From Rhodospirillaceae bacterium (lineage in GTDB: Bacteria > Pseudomonadota > Alphaproteobacteria > JAEULC01): 62,785 bases of DNA. Below, in pieces: positions 1 to 11,223 of this stretch. The stretch lies in contig JAHFPH010000002.1 of NCBI GenBank assembly GCA_023266845.1, forward strand, positions 1 to 62,785, in the 5' to 3' direction. Below the pieces are notes generated by a model. That model was not told where the DNA came from. It saw only the letters and a program-made list of their open reading frames with translations, and searched no databases. Within the stretch, counting starts at the first letter, position 1, and every line of letters starts with the position of its first letter. The translations under genes were made by a program, and so were the position numbers.

Positions 1-5
1 CCGAG

Positions 6-1121
6 ATGGAGGCGATTTTCGCCAAGGGCTGGATGTTCGCGGGCCATAGTTGCGAGATACCCAAGCCAGGCGACTGGTTCACGCACGATATCGGCGACGA
101 TTCGGCGATCGTCGTGCGCGGGCAGGACGGAAAAATCCGCGCCTTCTTCAACGTATGCCGGCATCGCGGCTCGCGCATCTGCGCCGCGCCCAGCGGGCAT
201 TCCGGCGCGTTCGTGTGTCCCTATCACGCCTGGGCCTATGACCTGCAAGGACGCTGCCTGCGCGACACGGCCAGCGAGCATGGCGTGCCGCCCGGCGAGC
301 TCGGCTTGCGCCCGGTGCAGTTGCGCGAGGTCGGCGGGCTCATCTTCATCTGCCTTTCTTCTGCCCCGCCGGATTTTTTCGCCGCCGAGAAAATCCTCGC
401 CCCCGCGCTCAAACCCCAGGGCTTGACCCGCGCGAAAATCGCCACGGTCGCGGACTACACGGTCAACGCGAACTGGAAAATTATTTTTGAGAACAATAGA
501 GAATGCATGCACTGCCCGACGGCGCATAAAGAGTATATCGGCGCGAATTACGACATCCAACTCGGCGACCCGCGCCACGCCAAGGAGATCGAGGCGCGCA
601 TGGCGGAATGCGCCGCGATCTGGAAGGCCAAGGGCCTGGAAGCGCCGACGCTGAAATCCGACATGACCGGCGCGTGGTACCGCGCCAACCGCACGCCGCT
701 TAAGCCCGGCTGGGTGAGCGAAACCTTGGACGGCAAACGCACAGCACCCCTGATGGGCGATTACCCGGACGAGGAGGTCGGCACGCTGCGCGCCACCGTG
801 TTCGCCAGCTTCTGGATGCACGGCAGTTGCGACCACGCGGTCACGACGCGCGTGACACCGGCGGGCCCACGCGAGACGCGCGTGCGCGTCTATTGGCTGG
901 TGAATGAAAAAGCCGAGGAAGGCCGCGATTACGAGCTCGCACGGCTGATGCCGTTCTGGCAGCGCACCTCGGAGCAGGACTGGGCGCTGGTCGAGAACGT
1001 GCAGCGCGGCGTTCTTTCGCGGGGGTATTCGCCCGGGCCGCTTTCCAAGACGCGCGAAACCAACGTCGCGCATTTCATCGACTGGTATCTGGAACAATTG
1101 CGAGGCGGGCCGGCCGCGTGA
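6..1121 (+). CDS. Rieske [2Fe-2S] non-haem-iron oxygenase, catalytic alpha subunit (N-demethylase-like, GbcA/Stc2/CntA type suspected); probably 5-prime truncated by the window edge
   Basis: Rieske signature CRHRG-x17-CPYHAW (C-x-H-x17-C-x2-H). C-terminal catalytic domain contains NRECMHCPTAH. The frame stays open back to base 3, and family members usually carry 30-40 more N-terminal residues. GTGA stop/start overlap with the next gene. Confidence 0.8.
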   Translation: MEAIFAKGWMFAGHSCEIPKPGDWFTHDIGDDSAIVVRGQDGKIRAFFNVCRHRGSRICAAPSGHSGAFVCPYHAWAYDLQGRCLRDTASEHGVPPGELGLRPVQLREVGGLIFICLSSAPPDFFAAEKILAPALKPQGLTRAKIATVADYTVNANWKIIFENNRECMHCPTAHKEYIGANYDIQLGDPRHAKEIEARMAECAAIWKAKGLEAPTLKSDMTGAWYRANRTPLKPGWVSETLDGKRTAPLMGDYPDEEVGTLRATVFASFWMHGSCDHAVTTRVTPAGPRETRVRVYWLVNEKAEEGRDYELARLMPFWQRTSEQDWALVENVQRGVLSRGYSPGPLSKTRETNVAHFIDWYLEQLRGGPAA

Positions 1122-3532
1122 TCCCGTCGCAGGCCGAGATCGTGATCGTCGGCGGCGGCGCGGTGGGCTGCGCCGTCGCCTACCAGCTCGCCAAGCTCGG
1201 CAAGCGCGACGTGCTGCTGTTGGAAAAATCCGGCCTGACGCAAGGCAGCACCTGGCATGCCGCGGGACTGATCGGGCAGTTGCGCTCCTCGCGCAACCTG
1301 ACGCGCATGATGCAGACCAGCGCCAAGCTCTACGCCGCGCTGGAGAAGGAAACCGGCCAGGCCACGGGCTGGCGCGGCGTCGGGTCCTTACGCGTCGCCG
1401 CCTCGCAAGAGCGCTGGCTCGAAATCAAGCGCATGGCCACGACGGCCAAGAGCTTCGGCTTCGAGCTGCATCTGGTGTCGCTCGCCGAGGCGCGGAAACT
1501 TTTCCCGCCGCTAAATCCCAACGGCATCGTCGGCGCGGCCCTAGTGCCGTCCGACGGCTACGTCAATCCCGCCGACGTCACGCAAGCCCTGGCCAAAGGC
1601 GCGCGCAACGGCGGCGTGAAGATCCGCGAGGGTGTGTGCGTCACCGGTATCCTGCGCGATGGGCGGCGCGTCACGGGCGTCGAGACCGACCAAGGCGCGA
1701 TCAACTGCGACGTGCTGGTGAACTGCGCCGGCATGTGGGGATGCGAGATCGCGGCCATGGCCGGCGTGAAGCTCGCCGCCGGCGCGGTCGAGCATCAATA
1801 CCTGATCACCGACAAGATCGGCGGCTTGCCGCCGGACCTTCCCACATTCCGCGATCCCGACGGGCGTTTCTACGTCAAGCCCGAGGTCGGCGGATTGGCG
1901 TTCGGCGGCTGGGAGGACAACACAAAGCCTTTCGGCAAGGGTGGCATCCGCAAGGATTGGGGCGCGGAATTGCTGCAGCCCGATTTCGACCGGTTCGAAG
2001 CGTTGGCAACGCAGGCCCAACATCGGATTCCCGCTTTGCAAACCGCAGGGGTGAAAACCCTGATCAACGGCCCGATCCCGATCAGCGCGGACGGTGAGCC
2101 TGTCATGGGCCTTAGCCCCGGCTTCGACAATTTCTACATCGCCTGCGGCTTCACCTCGGGCATCGCGGCGGCGGGCGGCGCGGGCCTGGCGATGGCGCGC
2201 TGGATCGTCGAGGGCGATCCGGGCATGAACCTGTGGGCGTTCGACGTGCTGCGCTTCGGCGACTATCACGCCGCGCCCGAGGTGCTGTATCCGCGCGCGA
2301 TCGAGGCTTACGCCAATTACTACACCGTCGCCTGGCCGTCGCATGAGCAGCACGCCGCGCGCGGCGGCAGGCGCAGCCCGCTTTACGACACCCTCAAACG
2401 CGCGGGCGCGGTGTACGGCCAGAAATTCGGCTGGGAGCGCGCGAACTGGTTCGGCCTACCGGGCGGCGAGGCCGCGGACAAGCCGAGCTTCATCCGCCCC
2501 AACTGGTTCGACGCGGTGGGCGCGGAGCATAGGGCCGTGCGCGAGCGCGCGGCGATGTTCGACATGACCTCGTTCAGCAAGGTCGAGATTTCCGGCCCCG
2601 GCGTCGCAAGCGCCCTGCAACGTTTGTGCTGCAACGACATGGAGCGCCCGCCCGGCACGGTTATCTATACGCAAATGCTGAACGAGCGCGGCGGGATCGA
2701 GGCCGACGTGACGGTCACGCGCCTTGAGCACGACCTTTATTACTTCGTCACCGGCAGCGCCTTCGGCGTGCACGACCGGGCGCATCTCGCGCGTTATTTG
2801 CCGCGCGACGGATCGGTTGCGGTGCGCGACGTGACCTCGTCCCGCGCGGTGATCGGTCTGTACGGCCCGCGCGCCCGCGACGTGCTGCAACAAGCGACCG
2901 GCGACGCGGTGGACAACGACTCCTTTCCTTATATGCGCGCGCGGCAGATCCGCGTCGGCCAGGCGCCGGTGCTGGCGCTGCGCGTGACCTATGTGGGCGA
3001 GTTGGGCTGGGAGCTGCATGTGCCGATGGAATACGCGCAGCACGTCTGTGAGACTCTATGGGCGGAAGGCGCGAAGCATGGGCTAGCCAACGCGGGTTAT
3101 CGCGCGATCTCGAGCCTGCGTTTGGAAAAACAATATCTCTATTGGGGCGCCGATCTATCGCCGGACTACACGCCGCTCGAAGCGGGCTTAAGTTTCTGCG
3201 TGGCGTGGAAAAAGAACGCCGATTTCGTCGGCAGGGCGGCGCTGGAAAAGCAGAAACGCTGGGGCGTGAAGCAGAAGCTGTGCTGGTTCTCGCTACCGGG
3301 CGAAAAGCCGGTGCATGGCGGCGAGGCGATCCTCAGCGGCGGCAAGGCGATCGGCCTGGTCACCTCGGCCGGGTACGGTTACAGCGTGGGCAAGTCGATC
3401 CTGTGCGGCTATCTGACACCTGAGCATTGGAGCGCCAGTAATTTCGAGATCGAGGCCTTCGGCGAACACCACGCGGCCACGCGCCACGACAAGGCGCTCT
3501 ATGATCCGGAGAGGAAGAAAATCTTGGCCTGA
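1118..3532 (+). CDS. FAD-dependent oxidoreductase fused to a folate-binding aminomethyltransferase (GcvT-like) domain; dimethylglycine/sarcosine dehydrogenase family
   Basis: 804 aa. N-terminal dinucleotide-binding fold IVIVGGGAVGCAVAYQLAKLG. The C-terminal ~350 aa is GcvT-like (FDMTSFSKVEISGPG, RVTYVGELGWELHVP, YRAISSLRLEK). GTG start overlaps the upstream stop. Confidence 0.85.
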   Translation: MIPSQAEIVIVGGGAVGCAVAYQLAKLGKRDVLLLEKSGLTQGSTWHAAGLIGQLRSSRNLTRMMQTSAKLYAALEKETGQATGWRGVGSLRVAASQERWLEIKRMATTAKSFGFELHLVSLAEARKLFPPLNPNGIVGAALVPSDGYVNPADVTQALAKGARNGGVKIREGVCVTGILRDGRRVTGVETDQGAINCDVLVNCAGMWGCEIAAMAGVKLAAGAVEHQYLITDKIGGLPPDLPTFRDPDGRFYVKPEVGGLAFGGWEDNTKPFGKGGIRKDWGAELLQPDFDRFEALATQAQHRIPALQTAGVKTLINGPIPISADGEPVMGLSPGFDNFYIACGFTSGIAAAGGAGLAMARWIVEGDPGMNLWAFDVLRFGDYHAAPEVLYPRAIEAYANYYTVAWPSHEQHAARGGRRSPLYDTLKRAGAVYGQKFGWERANWFGLPGGEAADKPSFIRPNWFDAVGAEHRAVRERAAMFDMTSFSKVEISGPGVASALQRLCCNDMERPPGTVIYTQMLNERGGIEADVTVTRLEHDLYYFVTGSAFGVHDRAHLARYLPRDGSVAVRDVTSSRAVIGLYGPRARDVLQQATGDAVDNDSFPYMRARQIRVGQAPVLALRVTYVGELGWELHVPMEYAQHVCETLWAEGAKHGLANAGYRAISSLRLEKQYLYWGADLSPDYTPLEAGLSFCVAWKKNADFVGRAALEKQKRWGVKQKLCWFSLPGEKPVHGGEAILSGGKAIGLVTSAGYGYSVGKSILCGYLTPEHWSASNFEIEAFGEHHAATRHDKALYDPERKKILA

Positions 3533-3631
3533 AAAGCTTCAGCACAGAGGATTTGAGTTTTATAGAGGATAGAATCGGAATCCAACTCTAACCTTGATTT
3601 CTGCTAATTCTGTGCTGATTCTGAGGCAAGA

Positions 3632-4150
3632 TGAATGGCCTGCTGCCGGTTCGGTTGGCGCCCGCTTAAGCTAATCGCATCTGCTCCTCGAACTCCACGG
3701 GGCTCAGATATCCGATGGTCGAGTGCCGGCGTTTCGGATTGTAGAAGCGCTCGATGTAGTCGAACGCGTCGGCCTTGGCATTATCGCGTGTCCGATACGT
3801 CTTGCGTGCCGTTCGTTCGGTCCTCAGCGAAGAGAAGAAGCTCTCCATCGCGGCATTGTCCCTGGCGTTGCCCGAGCGGCTCATGCTGCAGGTGACGCCC
3901 GTCTCGGCCAGCAGACGTTGGAACGACTCGCTCGTGTACTGGCTGCCCCGATCCGAATGGTGCAGCAGCACCGACTGGTGCACACCCAAGTCGAGCGCGG
4001 CCCGCACATACGAAACGCCGCACTCCTCGATCGGCCGAACAGCCTCAAGCTTGAACTCGCGCGTGAACTTCCGTCTCTCCATGACCCACCTCCGCTTCCA
4101 TCAAAACACCTAACTCGGTGTCTTCGGAACCGGCAGCAGGCCATATTGCA
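3632..4150 (-). mobile_element. Internally deleted IS3-family insertion sequence (~0.5 kb) that keeps both terminal inverted repeats
   Basis: Perfect 18-bp inverted repeat ATGGCCTGCTGCCGGTTC (3635-3652) / GAACCGGCAGCAGGCCAT (4127-4144). Outer ends are TG...CA-type (TGAATGG from 3632; TTGCA ending at 4150). The repeats bracket a transposase remnant, and flanking sequence is visibly lower in G+C. Confidence 0.7.
3666..4082 (-). pseudogene. IS3-family transposase remnant: OrfA N-terminal HTH fused in frame to the C-terminal third of OrfB (DDE integrase core)
   Basis: MERRKFTREFKLEAV...GVSYVRAALDLGVHQSVL is OrfA-like. It runs directly into HSDRGSQYTS...ARDNAAMESFFSSLRTE...YNPKRRHSTIGYLSPVEFE, so only the last D and the E region of the DDE triad remain. 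138 aa, versus roughly 380-400 aa for an intact OrfAB. Confidence 0.8.
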
Positions 4151-4208
4151 AATCGTGTAGTGAATCCAGAAATAGCCTGAACCACTGCTCGCTTGCCATG
4201 CTTCAACG

Positions 4209-5285
4209 TCAGTGTCCGAAGCCGCGCAGCCGTTCCGCCGCTTCACTCGCCAGTTTTTTCGTCAGCTCTCCGGCCGGCATGTCGCGCGTGAGCGCGGCGG
4301 TCTGGCCCGCCCAGAGCGGCGAGAAATCGCCCGAGCCCTGCGCCTCGGCCTTGGCGCGCAACGGCGCGATCGCGCCGGCGGCGAGCGGAAATTTCGGCGC
4401 GGCATCCGACATGGGACCGACCTCGCGCATCAGGCGGTTCACCAACCCGCGCGCCGGACGGCCGGTGAACAGGTTGGTCAGCGCCGTGCGGTCGTCGCGC
4501 GCCGCTTTCAGGGCCGCGCGGTGCACCGCGCTGGTCTTGGCCTCGGGGCACAGCAGATAGGCGGTGCCGATCTGAACGGCCGAGGCGCCGAGCATCAGCG
4601 CCGCCGCCACGCCGCGCGCATCGGCGATGCCGCCCGCGGCGATCACCGGCAGTTTCACCGCATCGACCACCTGGGGCACCAGGGCGAAGGTGCCGGGCTG
4701 GCTGTCGATCGCGTCGCCGAGGAAAATGCCGCGATGCCCGCCGGCCTCGTTGCCTTGCGCGATGATCGCGTCGCACCCCTCGCCTTCGAGCCACCGCGCC
4801 TCTTCCACGGTGGTCGCGGAGGAAATGATCCTGGCGCCGCTTCCCCGCGCGCGGTTCAACAACTTTTTCTCCGGCAGGCCGAAATGGAAGCTGATCACCG
4901 CCGGCTTCTTTTCCAGCATCAGATCGCATAAACGCTCGTCGAACGGCGCGCGGCCCGGCCCGGCGGGGATCGACGCCGGGTCGATGCCGAATTCGGCGTA
5001 ATAGGCGCTGAAGCGCTTTTTCCACGCCGCCTCGCGCGCCGCGTCGGGCGCGGGCGGAACATGGCAGAAGAAATTGACGTTGAGCGGCTTGGCGCTGCGC
5101 TGGCGGAAAATATCCATCTCCGCGCGCACCTGGTCGAAGCCGAGCATCGCGCAAGGCAGCGAGCCCAGCCCGCCCGCCTCGGACACGGCGATCGCCAACT
5201 CCGCCGTCTGGCTGCCGGCCATCGGCGCCTGAACGATCGGCAGCTCGATGCCTAGGAGGTCGATAATACGCCGGTCGGGCCACAT
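4209..5285 (-). CDS. Nitronate monooxygenase (NMO / 2-nitropropane dioxygenase family, FMN TIM barrel)
   Basis: 358 aa. N-terminal LGIELPIVQAPMAG and C-terminal VIAAGGIADARGVAAALMLGASAVQIGTAYL are typical of the NMO family. Confidence 0.85.
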   Translation of the reverse strand: MWPDRRIIDLLGIELPIVQAPMAGSQTAELAIAVSEAGGLGSLPCAMLGFDQVRAEMDIFRQRSAKPLNVNFFCHVPPAPDAAREAAWKKRFSAYYAEFGIDPASIPAGPGRAPFDERLCDLMLEKKPAVISFHFGLPEKKLLNRARGSGARIISSATTVEEARWLEGEGCDAIIAQGNEAGGHRGIFLGDAIDSQPGTFALVPQVVDAVKLPVIAAGGIADARGVAAALMLGASAVQIGTAYLLCPEAKTSAVHRAALKAARDDRTALTNLFTGRPARGLVNRLMREVGPMSDAAPKFPLAAGAIAPLRAKAEAQGSGDFSPLWAGQTAALTRDMPAGELTKKLASEAAERLRGFGH

Positions 5286-5434
5286 GGCGTGCCTCCGCTA
5301 TCTATGCCATGCAGCCTAGGACTCGAGCGCCTTGCGCGCCAGCGCACGCCGCGCCGGTCAGCATTGCTCCCTGGTCAGATCATCGCAATCCGCCGCGAAC
5401 GGTAGGAAGCGGAAACCACCAAGGCGTCTGCTTC

Positions 5435-7489
5435 TCAAATCTCCAGCTTCACGATCGCGTCGGCGAGCGCGGCGCGGGCCGGGGCCAGCTTCTGCTTAGC
5501 GTCGTTCTCGGCCGCACGCAGCTGGTCGATGCGGTCTTCCTGGGTTTTCATCGTGTCGAGATAGCGCTTGGCCAGATCGCCGCCCGGCGGCACGCTAGTA
5601 AGGTTCTGGCGCAACCGGTCCTGATCCTTGGCGATGGAGTCGCGCTCGGCAGCGGCCTCTTTCGCCGCGCGGTCGAATTTGTCGACCTCGCCTTGCAAGG
5701 CCGCGAGCTGCTCCAGCGCGGCCCTGGCCTTGTCGGGAACGCCGCCGGTGCGCGCATAGGACAACAGCGCGTCGCGGCTTTGCCCCGACAACTGCACCAC
5801 ATTGACGCGCGGGCGCTGCACCGTGACCTCGACGGCGGTCTGCCCGGTCTTGGCCAGCGCCTGGCGCAGGCGGTACTGGCCGCGCGCGACCTCCGCGTCG
5901 GCGGGCCTAGGCGCCGCCAATTCCCAATCCGCCAGGCGCGGATGCTCGATCAGCAGCACGCGGTCCTCGTTCGCCGGCGACTTGATGCGATAGGTCGTGG
6001 TCTGCTCGTCGCGGTAGCTCATGGTCAGCACCCCGCGCGCGATCGCGACCTGCGCCACGGACTGGCGCGATTTGGTTTCGCGGTCCAAGGCGACTTTCTG
6101 ATCCAGCGCGAAGCTGAGCAGCCGTTTCTCGCCCGCCGGGAAAGCGGCGAGCCGCGCATCGCCGACATAGTTCGCCCCGGCCTTGCCGCGCTCGTACAAG
6201 GTCAGCACACCCGGGGGAAGCCCCGAGCTGCTGTCGTTGGTCAGCTGCACGGCCGCTAGCGGGTTCGCGGCGTTGACCTGGGGCTGGTAGAGATCCAGAC
6301 GCTGGATCGGCATGTCACGGCTGACGATCGGCAGCGCCAGGGTTTCGCCGGCGGCCAGGGTCACGGGCTGGGGTGCTGTGAACAGCACCTGCGTGGCCGC
6401 CTCTTCCGTCTCGGCGGCGACCAGCTCGGCCGGGGCCGGCGCCGTTGGCGCGCCGACGGCCATGCCTGGCGCCATCGCCATGGCGGGCGCGGGCAGCGCC
6501 AGCGCGCGACCGCGCACGGCGCCTTCCTGCTGGCGTTGCTGCTCGGCCTTGGCCATCACCGCCGGCATGCCGCCCTGATCGGCCGGCGGCAACACGCGGC
6601 CCAGCACCTCGACCGGCACTTCCGGGCGGTTGACGAAATAGGCGGTGTAGAGCTGCTGGCGGAAGGTCACGGGATTGCCCGAGACCAGGGTCAGCTCGAC
6701 ATTCCTCCAGTCCCGGCCGCTCAGATTCTCGAAAATGGCCCAGCCCTGCAGCAACCCCTTCGCGCCCGGCGCCGTCGCTTCGGGCATGTTCAGCCGGTAC
6801 GAGGCCTTCCACAGCGGCGCCGCGACGACGTAACCCACACGCACCGCCCGCTTGCCCGTGCCCTTGGCCTGGATGGTCAGCGTGCGCTGGTCTTGCACGC
6901 GATGGCGCGCGATGGCGCCGAGCGCCGCGTCGACCTGGCGCTGGATGGCGGGATCGGCGAAGCGGATGGTCTCGGCCTCTTCCAGCACGACCGAGCGCAT
7001 TCCATCGGCGGACAAAAGCGTCAGCCGGTGGCGCGTGGTTTCCGCGCCGTTGGGGGTGCTCGTCGTCTCGGGCGTCACTTTCAAGATGCGGCCGGCGATC
7101 TGCTTGGGCCCGCCGACGACCACATCGGCCCCGCGCAGCGCGTTCAGCAATCCGTCCGGCGATTCCATGTCGGTTTGGGAAAACGGCAAATCGCGGAACG
7201 CCTCGGCGAGCGGCGCGCGGCCCGGCAACGCGATCCCGCCGACTCCGCCCTTGTCGTCGAAAACGACGATGCTTTTCAGCACGTCGTCGACCTGGTCGAG
7301 CCTTACCGGCAACGGCAATTGCGCGTCGCCTTCGACCGTGGCCTCGAATTCGAAATAGCCGACGCCGCCCGTGGACAGCAGCACGCGTTTCAATTCCAGA
7401 GCGCCGGCGGGCGGAGTTTGAGCGAACGCAGGCGATAACAAACCGCCGACCAACAGGATCGCGGCCAGCGCCGAACGAAGCGTTTTCAT
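5435..7489 (-). CDS. Secreted DUF4139-like protein (MuiA-like family) with a C-terminal coiled coil
   Basis: Signal peptide [24 protein letters not shown]. Central WKASYRLNM...[30 protein letters not shown] matches my memory of the DUF4139 core. The last ~100 aa are heptad-like and charge-rich. Family assignment is from memory, not from a search. Confidence 0.65.
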   Translation of the reverse strand: MKTLRSALAAILLVGGLLSPAFAQTPPAGALELKRVLLSTGGVGYFEFEATVEGDAQLPLPVRLDQVDDVLKSIVVFDDKGGVGGIALPGRAPLAEAFRDLPFSQTDMESPDGLLNALRGADVVVGGPKQIAGRILKVTPETTSTPNGAETTRHRLTLLSADGMRSVVLEEAETIRFADPAIQRQVDAALGAIARHRVQDQRTLTIQAKGTGKRAVRVGYVVAAPLWKASYRLNMPEATAPGAKGLLQGWAIFENLSGRDWRNVELTLVSGNPVTFRQQLYTAYFVNRPEVPVEVLGRVLPPADQGGMPAVMAKAEQQRQQEGAVRGRALALPAPAMAMAPGMAVGAPTAPAPAELVAAETEEAATQVLFTAPQPVTLAAGETLALPIVSRDMPIQRLDLYQPQVNAANPLAAVQLTNDSSSGLPPGVLTLYERGKAGANYVGDARLAAFPAGEKRLLSFALDQKVALDRETKSRQSVAQVAIARGVLTMSYRDEQTTTYRIKSPANEDRVLLIEHPRLADWELAAPRPADAEVARGQYRLRQALAKTGQTAVEVTVQRPRVNVVQLSGQSRDALLSYARTGGVPDKARAALEQLAALQGEVDKFDRAAKEAAAERDSIAKDQDRLRQNLTSVPPGGDLAKRYLDTMKTQEDRIDQLRAAENDAKQKLAPARAALADAIVKLEI

Positions 7490-7567
7490 GGACGGAATCT
7501 CCCGAAAGGGCGGTCGGGCGGGGTCCCCATATCCATGCTCGCGTCCTTCTTTGGCGGATTTAAGGCG

Positions 7568-9172
<1,605 letters not shown>

Positions 9173-9200
9173 CGTTCGTGCTTGTTTCTCTTCGGTTGGT

Positions 9201-11144
9201 TCAACGCGTCGCGGCCAAGCGCACGCGGTCGGCGTCGGGCCGGTATTCGGGCACCAGGCGTTGCAGCAGATCGAGCGTGCGCTGGCCGCGCCTGGACTGC
9301 GCGCTTTCCATCAGCTCGTCGAGCGCGCGAGCCAGCACCGCGTGGTCGGTGGCGCGCGGATTGGCGAACAGGATGCCGCCATAGCGCGTGGGCGCCAGCG
9401 GCTCGGACGGGTGCAGCAGCACCTCGGACAGTTTTTCGCCCGGGCGCAGGCCGGTATACGCGATCTTGATGTCGCGGTCCGGCTTGAAGCCGGCCAGCCG
9501 GATCATCTGCCGCGCCAGGTCGACCACTTTCACCGGCTCGCCCATGTCGAGCACGAAGATGCGGCCCGGTTCGGCCGGGTCGCTGGCCCCGAGCGCCGAG
9601 GCTTCGAGCACCAGCTCGACCGCCTCGCGCACGGTCATGAAATACCGCACCGCGTCGGGATGCGTGACGGTCAAGGGCCCGCCCGCGGCGATCTGGCGCT
9701 GGAACAGCGGCACGACCGAGCCGGACGAGCCCAGCACGTTGCCGAAACGCACGGTGACGAAGCGCGTGCCGTTCTCCCGGCCCCGCTCCACCCGATCGAC
9801 CGCCTGGCAATAGCTTTCGGCCAGGCGCTTGCTCGCCCCCATGACGCTGGTGGGGTTCACCGCCTTGTCGGTCGAGATCATCACCATCGCGCGCACGGCG
9901 TGCTTGCGGCAGGCATCGGCCAGGTTGCGCGCGCCCATGGCGTTGGTCAGCACCGCCTCTTCCGGGTTGGCCTCGCACAGCGGGACGTGCTTCAGGGCCG
10001 CGGCGTGGAACACCAGCTCGGGCCTGATCCGCGCCACGGTCTGATCCAGATACGTGCGGTCGCGCGTGTCGGCCAGCACCGCCTCGCGCTCGAGATCGGG
10101 GAAGGTTTCCGCGAGCTCCAGGTCGATGGCATAGAGCGCGAATTCGCCGTGGTCGATCAGCGCGAGATGCGCCGGCGCGAAGGCCGCGATCTGGCGCGCC
10201 AGCTCGCCGCCTATTGTTCCTCCAGCTCCCGTAACCAGCACGCGCCGCCCCGCCACCAGCGCGCGCATGGCTTCGCGGTCCAGCACGCGGCGCGGCCGGC
10301 CCAAGAGGTCCTCGATCGCGATCGGCCGCGGCTCGAGCTTGCCGCCGGCGTCGGGCGCGCCCGATTTGAAATCGGTCAGCCGCGGCAGGCGCGCCAGCGT
10401 CATGCCGTGCTGGTCGGCCATGTCGAGCAGCGCGCGCAGCCGGTCCGGTTCGACATCCGCGTACGTTACGATCAGCCGCTGCGGGCGTTTGCCGCGCCGG
10501 TCGAGCTTGGCGACGATGGCGCTGAGCTTGTCCAGATCGCCCAGGACCTCGACATCGTGGATGCGCCGGCCGATGCGCCCGCTCTTGGCGTCGACCATGC
10601 CGACCACGCGATACGGCGCGTTGGCGTTGCGGTTCATGTCGCGGATGAAGGTTTCCGCCGCGTCGTCGGCGCCGACCAGCAGCACCGGCACGCGCGGCGT
10701 GGCCGCTTCCAGCAGGTGCCCCAGGTGCCGATCCTTGTAGACGCGATAGGCGAAGCGCGAGCCGCCGAGCAGGAACACCAGCACCAGCCAGACCAGCGCG
10801 GGAGTCGAACGCGGCATGCCTTCCAGCCGCGTGACGACGAATTCCAGCGCGACGAAGGCTGCTACCGACACGGTAACGGCGCGCGCGATGGCCCAAAGAT
10901 CGTTGAGCGAGGCGTAGCGCCAGATGCCGCGATAGAGCCCCACGCTCCAGAAGGCGATGGCCGAAACCAAAGCGAACAGGGCCATGTCGACCAGCACGCG
11001 GTGCGTGCCGGGATAGAAGACGATGTCGTCGCCGACGCGCAGATACAGCGCGATCGGGAACGACAACGCGGCCATGACCAGGTCGTGGCCATAGGCGATC
11101 ATGCCGCGGCTCAACCGGAAACGCCGTGGGGCCTCGTCCGCCAT
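9201..11144 (-). CDS. Membrane-anchored polysaccharide biosynthesis protein, UDP-GlcNAc 4,6-dehydratase family (CapD/WbpM/PglF/WreV-like)
   Basis: Four N-terminal hydrophobic helices. Rossmann motif [18 protein letters not shown] and the family motif [14 protein letters not shown] prefer the start at ATG 11144 (MADEAP...) because the longer ORF to 11315 overlaps the upstream gene. ATG 11102 is an alternative start. Confidence 0.85.
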   Translation of the reverse strand: MADEAPRRFRLSRGMIAYGHDLVMAALSFPIALYLRVGDDIVFYPGTHRVLVDMALFALVSAIAFWSVGLYRGIWRYASLNDLWAIARAVTVSVAAFVALEFVVTRLEGMPRSTPALVWLVLVFLLGGSRFAYRVYKDRHLGHLLEAATPRVPVLLVGADDAAETFIRDMNRNANAPYRVVGMVDAKSGRIGRRIHDVEVLGDLDKLSAIVAKLDRRGKRPQRLIVTYADVEPDRLRALLDMADQHGMTLARLPRLTDFKSGAPDAGGKLEPRPIAIEDLLGRPRRVLDREAMRALVAGRRVLVTGAGGTIGGELARQIAAFAPAHLALIDHGEFALYAIDLELAETFPDLEREAVLADTRDRTYLDQTVARIRPELVFHAAALKHVPLCEANPEEAVLTNAMGARNLADACRKHAVRAMVMISTDKAVNPTSVMGASKRLAESYCQAVDRVERGRENGTRFVTVRFGNVLGSSGSVVPLFQRQIAAGGPLTVTHPDAVRYFMTVREAVELVLEASALGASDPAEPGRIFVLDMGEPVKVVDLARQMIRLAGFKPDRDIKIAYTGLRPGEKLSEVLLHPSEPLAPTRYGGILFANPRATDHAVLARALDELMESAQSRRGQRTLDLLQRLVPEYRPDADRVRLAATR

Positions 11145-11223
11145 GAACGACCGCAAATCCCGTTGCTGCGACTGGAAACCGGGGCCAGCTATAGCACAGG
11201 CCCCTTGGGGGATGCAGCGCGGC

